The position numbers and the translations under genes are program-made. This document shows positions 14,974 through 23,787 of a stretch of DNA of 36,287 bases, piece by piece (the stretch's first letter is position 1; each line of letters starts with the position of its first letter). The notes under the pieces were generated by a model. It saw nothing but the letters and a program-made list of their open reading frames with translations, searched no databases and was not told the origin of the DNA. This DNA is from Actinomycetota bacterium (GTDB lineage Bacteria; Actinomycetota; UBA4738; CALAEC01). The DNA lies in NCBI GenBank assembly GCA_046726855.1, contig JBKPBL010000014.1, forward strand, positions 1 through 36,287, given 5' to 3'.

Positions 14974-16392
14974 TTAGCTCCCGCCCTCCGAGGGAAGGAG
15001 CTTCCCCGGGTTCAGGATCCCCGCGGGGTCCAGGGCCGCCTTGATCGAGCGGAGGACGCCCAGGCCCTCCACCCCCAGCTCCTCCTGCAGGAAGGGCGCC
15101 TTGAGCAGACCGATCCCGTGATGGTGCGACACGGTACCGCCGGCCTGGTGGCAAGCCCGGGCGGCCTCCTCCCAGCAGTCCAGGTAACGGCGCTCGGCCC
15201 GCTCGTCGTCGGGGGCGTGGATCAGGAACGAGAAATAGAGCGAGGCTCCGGACCGGTAGGGATGAGACAGGTGGCACCCCACGGGGTTGGCGGCGCTCTT
15301 GGCCAGCGGGTTCCGGACCGCCTCGTACAGGGCGGGTAGCCGGCTCCACAGGCCGGCCACCTCCATGGTGTCCACGATCACCCCCGACCCGAGCATCCGC
15401 TCATCTCCCATGATCCGCCGGTACAGGTCGACCGCGTCGTTGCGGTGTTCCCACCAGTGCTCACCGTAGTCCGCCGGGAGCTCGGGGATTCGGGCAGCCG
15501 CTCCGAACGCCTCCTCCACGTCCGCTTCAGATCGGGGTCCGTTTGAGAAGCCCAGGATCAGGACAGGCCCGCCTTGGTGACCGACGGGGCCGAACGTCAA
15601 CACGGCGTCGGCCTCGTCGTAGAGGCGGACGACGAGGGGCCGCACGTCTCGCTGGACCACCTCTCTGACCAGCCGGATCCCCTCGGGGAATCCCTGTGGG
15701 CGGAGACACAGCCACCGCAAGCCCTCCGGCCTCCGGGCCACGCTCAGGGTCGCTTCGGAGATCACCGCCAGGGTGCCCTCGGAACCGAGCAGCAGCTGCC
15801 GGAGGTCCGGGCCAGTGGCCGACCGCGGGGCGGCCCGGAGCCGAAGGACGTCGCCGCCCGGAAGCACTGCCGCCAGGCCCAGCAGGCTGTCCTCGATCAT
15901 CCCGTAGCCCGCGGACGCCTGTCCGGCGGATCTGGTGGCTAGCCAGCCTCCAACCGAGGAGATCGCCAGTGACTGCGGATAGTGGCCCACGGTCAGGCCG
16001 CGTTCGTTCAAGACTGCCTCCACCCGGTCGCCCCGTGCTCCGGCTTCCACCTCGAGGGCCAGCGACTCCTCGTCGACCGAGAGCACCCGGTTCATCCTCG
16101 AGAGGTCCAGCACCACGCTCCGCCAAACGGCCTGGGCCCCGCCGCACACCCCGGACCCGCCGCCTCGAGGGACCATGGCGGTACCGGTCTCGGTGGCCCA
16201 GGCCATGGCCGCCGAGACGTCGCCGGTGTTCCGGGGAAACACCACGGCCATCGGCCTGGGGAGCCGCTCGCCCCGGGCCTCCCTGAGCATGGCCAGAGCC
16301 CAGGAATCGCGCGACCGTGTGGACAGCTCACCGGGATGGGTGCTCACCGTGCCCTCGGGCAGGCGTTCCTGTAGGGAAGCGAGGGCGTCCAC
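14974..16392 (-). CDS. FAD-linked oxidase (GlcD / alkyl-DHAP synthase-like, Rv2251-like)
   Basis: 'AVVFPRNTGDVSAAMAWATETGTAMVPRGGGSGVCGGA' is a PCMH-type FAD-binding domain, and the C-terminal 'HHHGIGLLKAPF' also fits the family. The start is reassigned to GTG 16392 (472 aa). The track extension to 16647 overlaps the 3' end of helY and is Arg/Gly-rich junk. Confidence 0.8.
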   Translation of the reverse strand: MDALASLQERLPEGTVSTHPGELSTRSRDSWALAMLREARGERLPRPMAVVFPRNTGDVSAAMAWATETGTAMVPRGGGSGVCGGAQAVWRSVVLDLSRMNRVLSVDEESLALEVEAGARGDRVEAVLNERGLTVGHYPQSLAISSVGGWLATRSAGQASAGYGMIEDSLLGLAAVLPGGDVLRLRAAPRSATGPDLRQLLLGSEGTLAVISEATLSVARRPEGLRWLCLRPQGFPEGIRLVREVVQRDVRPLVVRLYDEADAVLTFGPVGHQGGPVLILGFSNGPRSEADVEEAFGAAARIPELPADYGEHWWEHRNDAVDLYRRIMGDERMLGSGVIVDTMEVAGLWSRLPALYEAVRNPLAKSAANPVGCHLSHPYRSGASLYFSFLIHAPDDERAERRYLDCWEEAARACHQAGGTVSHHHGIGLLKAPFLQEELGVEGLGVLRSIKAALDPAGILNPGKLLPSEGGS

Positions 16393-16409
16393 GCGGCGAT
16401 GATAGTGGG

Positions 16410-19064
16410 CTACAGGCCGGTGTACGCCACCACGCCCCTGTTCACCGCGGCGGCGGCCTCTTCCGCCAGCGTCGCCACGGGCTGGCCTGCCACGCTCTGG
16501 ATCTGCCGAAGCAGGTCCAGGAGCTGCTTGCAGGTCCGGACGAAGTCGCCGGGGGCCATCCCGGTCTCCACCAGGACGTCCTCCAGCGGCTTGCCCTCGG
16601 CCCACTGGAACGCGGTCGGCGTGAAGCCGGGGTCGAGCTCGCGGCACAGCTCGACGCTATGGTTCTGCTCGGCCCGGCGGACCTTCCGCCAGAGATCCTC
16701 CAGGGATCGGTATCGGGCCCTGAGCTCGGACGTGGGGAACTCGGCGGCCCGCGGGGTCCGCTCCCGCGACTCGTACACGAGGGTCGAGACCAGCGCGGCC
16801 GTCTCCGCCGGCGACAGGCCCTCGAGGAGCTTCTCGGCCAGCATCTCCGAAACGAGGACGTCGCCCTCGCCGTAGATCCGGGCCAGCTGCTCGCCCCGGT
16901 CGGTCAGGCCGAACCGATGGACGTAACCGAGGTTCTCCAGGACCCGCAGCACCCGGTCGAACTGCCTGGCCAGGGTCTCGGTCCGTGAGCGGATGCGTCG
17001 ATCCAGGCCCGAGATCTCACGTTCGAGCTTCGAGGCCCGACGCCCCCACCGCTCGTGATCGGCCAGGTCGGGACACCCGTGGCAGGGGTGGCTCTCGGCG
17101 AGGCGATCCAGCTCGTCGGCTTTCCGGAGCGCCTCGCGGTCCACGGGCCTGCGGCGAGGTTTCGGCGGGCGGACGTTCAGCGAGACCAGACGGGCGGCCA
17201 GGTCCCGGCGGTACCGGGCGCTCCTGGCGCTCCCCGAGCGGGGAAGGGGGATCCGGGCCAGGGCCACGGGCGGGTCGTCGAAGTGGGTCGGCGAGGCTCG
17301 GAAGAACCTTCGGTCCTGGGTGAGGAGTGTGGGACGTTGATCGCGGCTGGAGATCACCACGGCCAGGCCCCTGCGGCTGGCCCGGGGGACGTGGACCACG
17401 TCGCCCGGACGGAGCGAGGCCAGAGCCTGCCGCACGGAATCCAGCCGGGACCGCTCGTCCCGTCGTCCCGCGTCCACGCGGAGGCGGTCGGCCTGCTGCC
17501 GGAGCCCCCAGTACTCCCGGAAGTCGCCGAGATGGCACACCATCCGCTCCTCGTACCCGTCCAGGAAGGCCCGATCCCTCTCGAGCTGCCTCTCAAGGGC
17601 CACCACTCCCCTGTCGGCTTGAAACTGGCCGAACGAGGAGTTGAGCAGGTGATGGGCTTCCTCAGGCGAGTAGTTTCGGACCAGGTTCACGGCCATGTTG
17701 TAGGACGGCCGAAACGAGGAGGTCAGCTCGTAGGTGCGCCTGGTGGCCAGGCCTGCCACTCGCTCGAAGTCGACCTCCCGTTGGTGGATCACCACCGCGT
17801 AGCCGTGCTCATCGATCCCACGCCTCCCGGCTCGCCCGGTCAGCTGGGTGTACTCCCCCGGGGTGAGCAGCTCGTGGCGCTCTCCCGAGAACTTCCACAG
17901 CGACTCGATCACAACTGTTCGGGCGGGCATGTTGATCCCCAACGAGAGCGTCTCGGTGGCGAAGACCACCTTGACCAGGCCGCCGGCGAACAGCTCCTCG
18001 ACCGTCTCCTTGAACACCGGGACCATGCCGGCGTGGTGGGCGGCGACCCCGGCGGCCAGGCCCTCGCGGAAGTCGAAGAAACCCAGCGCGGCAAGGTCGT
18101 CCTCGTCCATCCAGACCGTCCGCATCTCGGCGAACTCTCGGATCCGGCGCTCCTCGTCGCGGTCGGTGAGCCGTATCCCGGCCGAGGTGATCCACTCCAC
18201 GCTCCTGTCGCAGCCCTGGCGGGAGAAGACGAAGTAGATGGCCGGGAGCATGCTCTCTTCGGCGAGGCGCTCCACCACCTCCTCACGCTTGGGGACGTAG
18301 ACCCTCCTGTGGCCCTCCCGGGGCCGGGAGATCCGCTGGAACTGGCGGGTTCCACTCCCCCGCCGACGGTACTCCCTGGTCCGGAGCTCGCGCTGACCGA
18401 GGGAGACGACGTACGGGTTGGGGACCTGCTGGCCGTCCTGCTCCACGTGCATCGGATGAAGCTCCCGGCCGACCATGTAGATGTGATCGAGTGGTACAGG
18501 GCGGCGCTCCTCGATGACCACACGGGTGGTTCCCCGCAGCGTGCTCAGCCACTCGCCGAACTCCTCGGCATTGGAGACCGTTGCCGAAAGGCACACAACA
18601 GACACCGAGAGCGGCAAGTGGATGAGGACCTCCTCCCACACTGCGCCCCGGTAGGGATCCTGGAGGTAGTGGACCTCGTCCAAGACCACCACCTCGAGGT
18701 CGTCCAGGGTCCGGCTGCCCTCGTACAGCATGTTACGGAGCACCTCCGTGGTCATGACCACCACGGGAGCCTCGCCGTTGATGCTGTTGTCGCCGGTCAA
18801 AAGGCCAACCCGGCCGGCGCCGTAGCGCGCCAGGAAGTCGCCGTACTTCTGGTTCGAGAGGGCTTTCAGGGGCGTGGTGTAGAACGCCTTCCGGCCCGCG
18901 TGGAGGGCCCGTTCCACGGCGAACTCGGCCACCACGGTCTTGCCCGAGCCCGTGGGGGCCGCCACCAGCACCGACTCGCCGCCGCCGAGCGCGCCGATCG
19001 CCTGGACCTGGTACTCGTCCAGAGGGAAGGGGTAGCGGGCGGCGAACCGCTGCACGTCCATCAT
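16410..19064 (-). CDS. helY: Ski2-like DEAD/DEAH-box RNA helicase HelY
   Basis: 884 aa. Motif I 'APTGSGKT', motif II 'LDEVHYL', 'SATV', 'TETLSLGINMPA', 'QLTGRAGRRG'. It has the long C-terminal Ski2/DSHCT-like region and the conserved position next to tatC, as with mycobacterial Rv2092c. Confidence 0.9.
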   Translation of the reverse strand: MMDVQRFAARYPFPLDEYQVQAIGALGGGESVLVAAPTGSGKTVVAEFAVERALHAGRKAFYTTPLKALSNQKYGDFLARYGAGRVGLLTGDNSINGEAPVVVMTTEVLRNMLYEGSRTLDDLEVVVLDEVHYLQDPYRGAVWEEVLIHLPLSVSVVCLSATVSNAEEFGEWLSTLRGTTRVVIEERRPVPLDHIYMVGRELHPMHVEQDGQQVPNPYVVSLGQRELRTREYRRRGSGTRQFQRISRPREGHRRVYVPKREEVVERLAEESMLPAIYFVFSRQGCDRSVEWITSAGIRLTDRDEERRIREFAEMRTVWMDEDDLAALGFFDFREGLAAGVAAHHAGMVPVFKETVEELFAGGLVKVVFATETLSLGINMPARTVVIESLWKFSGERHELLTPGEYTQLTGRAGRRGIDEHGYAVVIHQREVDFERVAGLATRRTYELTSSFRPSYNMAVNLVRNYSPEEAHHLLNSSFGQFQADRGVVALERQLERDRAFLDGYEERMVCHLGDFREYWGLRQQADRLRVDAGRRDERSRLDSVRQALASLRPGDVVHVPRASRRGLAVVISSRDQRPTLLTQDRRFFRASPTHFDDPPVALARIPLPRSGSARSARYRRDLAARLVSLNVRPPKPRRRPVDREALRKADELDRLAESHPCHGCPDLADHERWGRRASKLEREISGLDRRIRSRTETLARQFDRVLRVLENLGYVHRFGLTDRGEQLARIYGEGDVLVSEMLAEKLLEGLSPAETAALVSTLVYESRERTPRAAEFPTSELRARYRSLEDLWRKVRRAEQNHSVELCRELDPGFTPTAFQWAEGKPLEDVLVETGMAPGDFVRTCKQLLDLLRQIQSVAGQPVATLAEEAAAAVNRGVVAYTGL

Positions 19065-19092
19065 GTCGATTGTCCCACGCAGCCGGAACCGG

Positions 19093-19821
19093 CTACCCGA
19101 CGTGACCGAGGAGCGTGCGCAGCGCTTCCGTGAACCCGTCCGGGTTCTCGAGGTTCGAGAGGTGCCCGGCGCCCTGGAGCGTCACCAGCTCCGCGCCGGG
19201 GATGGCCTCCGCCATCGGAGCGGACACGTCCGAGGGGATCAAGGTGTCATCCGCGCCGGTCACCACGATTGTCGGCACGTCGATCTCCCCGAGCAGGGGC
19301 CGGGAGTCGGGCCGTTCGGCCATCCCCAGGGAGGCCGCCGCTATCGACGCTCCCGGCTGGCGGCGGATCATGGACTTCACCCGGTCCCACAGAGCGGTGT
19401 CCGCCCCTTTGGACAGCAGAGGAGGTGGGGCCTCGGCGATGGCCTCGCTCCCCTCGGTCCGAGCCTTTTCGGCGACGGCCTGCCGGCGCTCTTGCCCGGC
19501 CTGGTCGTCCGGCTCCGCCCGGGTGTTCGCCAGGGCCATGCCCGCGATGCGGTGGCGATAGTGTCGCCAGAGTGAGAACGCCACGTACCCGCCCATCGAC
19601 AGCCCGCACACAACCGTTCGGTCTGCTTCGGCTCGGTCCAGCTCGCCGGCCAGGAAGCGCCCGGCCGCGTCCATTGTCAGGACGTCGCCTGCGGGCGCCG
19701 TCCCGCCGAAACCCGGCAACGAGGGGGCCAGCACCTTCGTCTCGCCACGGAGCGCCTCGACCTGCGAGTCCCACATCTCGGCATCGACCGGGAACGCGTG
19801 GACCAGGAGCAGGGTGGTCAC
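19093..19821 (-). CDS. Alpha/beta hydrolase
   Basis: 242 aa. Nucleophile elbow 'GLSMGG' and C-terminal 'GAGHLSNLENP' (catalytic His region). GTG start. Confidence 0.8.
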   Translation of the reverse strand: MTTLLLVHAFPVDAEMWDSQVEALRGETKVLAPSLPGFGGTAPAGDVLTMDAAGRFLAGELDRAEADRTVVCGLSMGGYVAFSLWRHYRHRIAGMALANTRAEPDDQAGQERRQAVAEKARTEGSEAIAEAPPPLLSKGADTALWDRVKSMIRRQPGASIAAASLGMAERPDSRPLLGEIDVPTIVVTGADDTLIPSDVSAPMAEAIPGAELVTLQGAGHLSNLENPDGFTEALRTLLGHVG

Positions 19822-19826
19822 CCCCC

Positions 19827-20531
19827 TTAGCCCTCAGGGAGCCCGGGGATCGGCGGCTGAAGCCCGGGATCCAGCGGCCCGGGCAGGCCGGAGCTGACGG
19901 GCAGCTCGGCCTTCCGCCGCTCCTCCTGAAGCTTGCCGTATCCGGTGTCGAAGATCTGGGCGGCCACCTGGTACTGCTGGCCGATGTTCTCGACCAACCC
20001 CTGCCGGGCCTCCTCGTCAAGCTCGAACGCAACCCGAAGCTCACCGGCCACGCCGGAGTAGACCCGCAGGCCCTGCTCCATGAGGTTGCGGGCCTCTTTC
20101 AGAGCGAGGCTGTCGGCCTGGATCTGCCCGATGGTGTCGGCCGCGGTCTTGGTCAGATCACTCCATCCCTGAGCGCTGTCCACCAGGCTCTTCTCCGTGG
20201 CCGCCCCCTGCTCGAGCTGGGCCACGGCCTGGCCCATCTCGGGAAGGACCAGCGGGCCGTTCGGGAGTTGTTGGGCGGCTCCGGTGCTGTACAGAGCGGA
20301 TTCGACCAGTGACGTGAACTGGTTTATCTGGCGCCGCTGACGATCCTGCTCGGACTGCGCTCCGGCCAGGAGGACCACCGTGAAGACGATTGCCCATCCC
20401 AGGATGACCAGGACCACGATGGTGCCCGTTCTCCGGAACAGGGGGGTCTTGGGAGGAACCAGGAATTGCCGAGGCGGAGCGGCCACCGACCGCCCGCGGC
20501 TCTTCGGCTTCCGTTTGCCCTTGATCGCCAT
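19827..20531 (-). CDS. Hypothetical single-pass membrane protein with a helical ectodomain
   Basis: Start reassigned to ATG 20531 ('MAIKGKRKPKSRGR...', 234 aa) with AGAGGT 5 nt upstream. A basic N-terminus is followed by the TM helix 'IVVLVILGWAIVFTVVLLAG' and a Pro-rich tail. The track extension to 20978 overlaps tatC in another frame. Confidence 0.6.
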   Translation of the reverse strand: MAIKGKRKPKSRGRSVAAPPRQFLVPPKTPLFRRTGTIVVLVILGWAIVFTVVLLAGAQSEQDRQRRQINQFTSLVESALYSTGAAQQLPNGPLVLPEMGQAVAQLEQGAATEKSLVDSAQGWSDLTKTAADTIGQIQADSLALKEARNLMEQGLRVYSGVAGELRVAFELDEEARQGLVENIGQQYQVAAQIFDTGYGKLQEERRKAELPVSSGLPGPLDPGLQPPIPGLPEG

Positions 20532-20533
20532 GC

Positions 20534-21292
20534 CTACCTCTTGAGGAGTCGAGCGACGAGGATGGCCCCCTCGTACATAAGGTAGAGGGGGACCCACATC
20601 AGCAACATAGTGTACGGGTCCTGTGTCGGGGTGGCGACGGCGGCGAAGACGACCGTTCCCAGAGCCGCGTAGCGTCGCCAGCGCCGCATCTGCGCGCTGC
20701 TGATCACCCGGACGCCGGCCAGGAACAGCAGGACCAGGGGCAGCTCGAACGCCAGCCCAAACGCCAGGATCAGGAAGAACAGGAAGCTGAGGTAGCGATC
20801 GATCGTGAGCAGCGGGACCAGGTTGTCGCCGCCGAAAGAGAACAGGAACGACAGTCCCCTGGGCAGGATGCTGAAGGCGAACACGCCTCCTCCGGCGAAG
20901 AGCACCAGCGAGGACAGCACGAACGGGATGGCGAGGCGCCTCTCCCGTTTGGTGAGGCCGGGGGTGATGAAGCGCCACAGCTGGAAGAGGATCACAGGTA
21001 GGGCGATCAGCAGTCCCGAGAACAGCCCGACCTTCAGGAAGGCCAGGAAGGGTTCGGTGGGGGTGGTGACTATGAGGTTCTCGGTCAGCGTCTCCGGCAG
21101 GGAGCGGATGGCGTCCTTGTAGGGCTGTTGCAGCAGATCCAGGATCCTTCTGTAGAAGACGAACCCTGCGATCGAGCCGACGCCCACGGCGATCACGCAG
21201 ATGATCAAGCGCCGACGCAGCTCGTCGAGGTGCTGAACGATCGTCATCGACGCGTCGCGGGGCCGCCGTCGCCGGCCGGGGATCAGCGGCAT
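20534..21292 (-). CDS. tatC: Twin-arginine translocase subunit TatC
   Basis: 252 aa and polytopic. Family-typical 'VQHLDELRRRL' N-terminus and 'LWRFITPGLTKRERR'. The real start may be the internal ATG at 21247 ('MTIVQHLDELRRRL'). Confidence 0.9.
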   Translation of the reverse strand: MPLIPGRRRRPRDASMTIVQHLDELRRRLIICVIAVGVGSIAGFVFYRRILDLLQQPYKDAIRSLPETLTENLIVTTPTEPFLAFLKVGLFSGLLIALPVILFQLWRFITPGLTKRERRLAIPFVLSSLVLFAGGGVFAFSILPRGLSFLFSFGGDNLVPLLTIDRYLSFLFFLILAFGLAFELPLVLLFLAGVRVISSAQMRRWRRYAALGTVVFAAVATPTQDPYTMLLMWVPLYLMYEGAILVARLLKR

Positions 21293-21317
21293 GGGATCGG
21301 TGGGGCCGGCCGCCCTG

Positions 21318-21590
21318 TCAGGTGGGTGGCGCCTCGCCCCTTGGAGGCGGGGGCTCCGCGGCAGCTTCGGCCTCGGCCTCGTCCTTGTGCCGGGTCCCCT
21401 TCGGGGCGGGTGGCTTGGGCGGCTCGGTAAGGTCGGTCTCGATCTCGGCGCGGAGCTCCGAGGTGGCCCGGCGGAACTCGCGGAGGGATCGTCCGATCGT
21501 CCGCCCCATCTCCGGAAGCCGCCGAGGGCCGAAGATGATAAGGGCTATGACCAGGATGATGAGGATCTCGCCGAATCCCAGTGAGGGCAC
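21318..21590 (-). CDS. tatA: Twin-arginine translocase subunit TatA/E
   Basis: 90 aa. 'GFGEILIILVIALIIFGPRRLPEMGRTIGRSLREFRRA' is the canonical TatA TM helix plus amphipathic helix. GTG start with AGGAGG 6 nt upstream. Confidence 0.9.
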   Translation of the reverse strand: MPSLGFGEILIILVIALIIFGPRRLPEMGRTIGRSLREFRRATSELRAEIETDLTEPPKPPAPKGTRHKDEAEAEAAAEPPPPRGEAPPT

Positions 21591-21593
21591 AGC

Positions 21594-21833
21594 CTACCTC
21601 CTGCCCTCGATTCTACCGGGCCGCTGGAGGACCACCCGCCGACGCTCCAGATCGGCCAGACGGCCTTGGACCCCTTCCGAGCGGTCCCGGACGTCCTCCA
21701 GCAACGGGGTCAGCTCCTCCTGGAGCCTCAGAAGAGATCGGGAAAGCCGGCGGAGGTGTGCCAGCAGGATCATCAGCAGCACCAGGAGAATTCCGAGGGT
21801 CGTCGCGCCCAGGGCGATCAGCCAGGCGGCCAT
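21594..21833 (-). CDS. Small membrane-anchored coiled-coil protein (hypothetical)
   Basis: 79 aa. N-terminal TM 'WLIALGATTLGILLVLLMILLA' followed by a charged helical segment. GC3 bias is reasonable. Its stop lies 3 nt before the tatA start, and the tatA SD is inside its last codons. Confidence 0.45.
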   Translation of the reverse strand: MAAWLIALGATTLGILLVLLMILLAHLRRLSRSLLRLQEELTPLLEDVRDRSEGVQGRLADLERRRVVLQRPGRIEGRR

Positions 21834-21879
21834 TGTCCGAGGAGGATATCAGGGGGTTACTGGGTGGCGGCCCGGAGGC

Positions 21880-22824
21880 CTACCTGTAACTGGCCAATGT
21901 CTCCTCGGCCACCGAGGCGGCCATGTCCCGAAGGGCTTTCGGAGCCAGGACCCGGGCCTGGCCTCCGAGGCGGAGGACGAGCTTGGCCACCCATGCCAGG
22001 TCCTTCGTGGGGAGTGTGACCTCGAGCCCGTTCCGCCGCTCCCTTACCTGATCGACCTCGTAGTACTCGGCGACCCAGCGGGCACCCGGCCCGAGCTGGA
22101 GCCGGACCGGGATGTCCTCCTCGCTCCGCGTGTAGAGCTCCCTGGGGGTGCCGGCCAGACCTCGTGGAGTGAACTGCTCACCGGTGGGCCGGACGTCTCG
22201 GATCCGGTCCACCCGGAACATCCGCTCGGCGTCCGAGCTGTGGTCCCAGGCCACCACGTACCAGTTCCCGATCGCCGAGAACAGCTGCTCGGGGTCGACG
22301 GAGCGGGTGGTGACCCGGTCGCGCGTTGCCGAGTAATAGTCGATCTCGATGCGCTCGCCGGCCTCGACCGCCCGGCGGACCGCCTCGAGCGGAGCGGGGT
22401 CCGTTCCGCCCTCTCCAACCTCCACGTTGAGCTGCCCCAGGGTCTCGGGGCCGAGACGCTGGGCGATCTTGTCCAGGGCCGAGCGAAGGGCCTGGGCCTC
22501 GGGGAGCCCTGGAGCCCCCAACAGCTCGGTCCCCCTGAGGTACAGCGCCAGGGCCTCGGGCCGGGTCAGCGTGATCGGGCGCGAGAAGTGCTCGGCCATC
22601 CCGATCCACACCCTCCCCTCCTCCACCTGGACGTCGATGAGGTCGCCCGGCCCGTACGGAGGGAGGCCCGTCATGAACAGGAGGTTGAGGTCCGCGAGGA
22701 GGTCGGCCTCGGTCACGTCGAACAGACGGGTGAGCTCCTCCACCGAGGTCCCGGGGTACCTGACCACGTAGGGCACCACGGCCAGCAGCCTGCGGAGGCG
22801 CTCGGCGGTCTTAGAGGGAGGCAC
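21880..22824 (-). CDS. pafC: PafC, WYL-domain transcriptional regulator (PafBC heterodimer subunit)
   Basis: Start reassigned to GTG 22824 ('VPPSKTAERLRRLLAVVPYVVRYPG...', 314 aa), overlapping the pafB stop by 14 nt. HTH-WYL-WCX layout with 'NWYVVAWDHSSDAERMFRVDRI' as the WYL region. The track extension to 23250 overlaps pafB in another frame. Confidence 0.8.
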   Translation of the reverse strand: MPPSKTAERLRRLLAVVPYVVRYPGTSVEELTRLFDVTEADLLADLNLLFMTGLPPYGPGDLIDVQVEEGRVWIGMAEHFSRPITLTRPEALALYLRGTELLGAPGLPEAQALRSALDKIAQRLGPETLGQLNVEVGEGGTDPAPLEAVRRAVEAGERIEIDYYSATRDRVTTRSVDPEQLFSAIGNWYVVAWDHSSDAERMFRVDRIRDVRPTGEQFTPRGLAGTPRELYTRSEEDIPVRLQLGPGARWVAEYYEVDQVRERRNGLEVTLPTKDLAWVAKLVLRLGGQARVLAPKALRDMAASVAEETLASYR

Positions 22825-23764
22825 GCACGGCCTCCAGCCCGGCCACCACGGCGTTCCTAAGCCTCTTGGGAGCCAGGACCTCCGCGTCGGGGCCGAAGGA
22901 GAGCACCCAGGAGACGAAGGACTCGCCCTCCCCCGCCGGGACCTCGGCCTCGATCCAGCCACCTCGCCGAGCGCCGACGGTCCGGGCTCCGGGGACCTCC
23001 GCGAGGGCCCACCATGCGACCTTTGGGCTGAACGCCAGCCGGGCGGTCGTCTCCGGCTCGCCCAGCCCCCAGGGTCCCACGGTGAGCTGGTCGGCAGCCC
23101 GGAAGCCCTCGGGCGGCGGTGATCCCTCACCGCCATCACCGACCCGGGAGAGGATCCTTGAAACCCGAAACGAACGCGGTTCCCCACGCCTCCTGTCCCG
23201 GCCCACCAGGTACCAGGCTCCCCTTCTGAAGACCAGGGCCCAGGCGTCAACAGACCGCTCGCCGGCCCGTCCCCGTACCGGTCGGTACCGGAACCTTACC
23301 CTCCGACGCCGAGACACAGCATCGGCCAGGGCGTGGAGGTGAGGGCCCGAGGCGTCGACTCCGGCAGCCCCGCCGCGGCCCGGCAGCGAGGACAGGACCC
23401 CGGTGTTCACACCCAGGGCCAGCTTCCGGAAAGCCTGTGCGGCTTCTCGATCAGCCGCGGGCTGGTGGGCCGCCACGAACAGTGCCGCGGCCTCCTCGGC
23501 CGAGAACGAGATGTCCGGGAGGGAGTACCGATCCCGGGAGATCACGTAGCCCTCCTGGACCTCCCAGGCGTCCGTGGGGACGACCTCGACGGGGATCCCG
23601 ATCCCCCGGAGTGTGTCCTTGTCCCGCTCGAACTGTCGTTTGGCGGTGTCCCGGTCCTGCTGCTGCCAGGCCGGCAAACGGTCTCGGATCTCGTCGAAGG
23701 TGAGGGGGCGGTTCGATTCGAGGAGCAGCGCGACCAGGTTTATCAGTCGCTCGAGGGGATGCAT
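22811..23764 (-). CDS. pafB: PafB, WYL-domain transcriptional regulator (PafBC heterodimer subunit)
   Basis: 317 aa. N-terminal winged HTH 'PLERLINLVALLLESNRPLTFDEIRDRL', WYL region 'GAWYLVGRDRRRGEPRSFRVSRI'. It is first of the pafB-pafC pair, as in mycobacteria. Confidence 0.8.
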   Translation of the reverse strand: MHPLERLINLVALLLESNRPLTFDEIRDRLPAWQQQDRDTAKRQFERDKDTLRGIGIPVEVVPTDAWEVQEGYVISRDRYSLPDISFSAEEAAALFVAAHQPAADREAAQAFRKLALGVNTGVLSSLPGRGGAAGVDASGPHLHALADAVSRRRRVRFRYRPVRGRAGERSVDAWALVFRRGAWYLVGRDRRRGEPRSFRVSRILSRVGDGGEGSPPPEGFRAADQLTVGPWGLGEPETTARLAFSPKVAWWALAEVPGARTVGARRGGWIEAEVPAGEGESFVSWVLSFGPDAEVLAPKRLRNAVVAGLEAVRASL

Positions 23765-23787
23765 CGAGCAGATAGCATACCGCCGAC

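Noticed and set aside
16393-16647. N-terminal extensions of track ORFs. Affected: FAD oxidase to 16647, pafC to 23250, HtrA-like to 34608, fabI to 35159, M24 to 13751, the 19827 gene to 20978, and the 24261-24890 part of the 24261-25562 ORF.
   Set aside because: Each extension overlaps the 3' end of the upstream, well-supported gene in another frame and is Arg/Gly/Pro-rich with no family counterpart. Internal ATG/GTG starts give family-typical lengths and N-termini, often with an SD or start/stop coupling.
23710-23720. tRNA T-loop-like string GGTTCGATTCG.
   Set aside because: It lies inside the pafB coding region. There is no flanking acceptor, D or anticodon stem complementarity and no CCA-proximal pairing. 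No other T-loop consensus was seen in the window.
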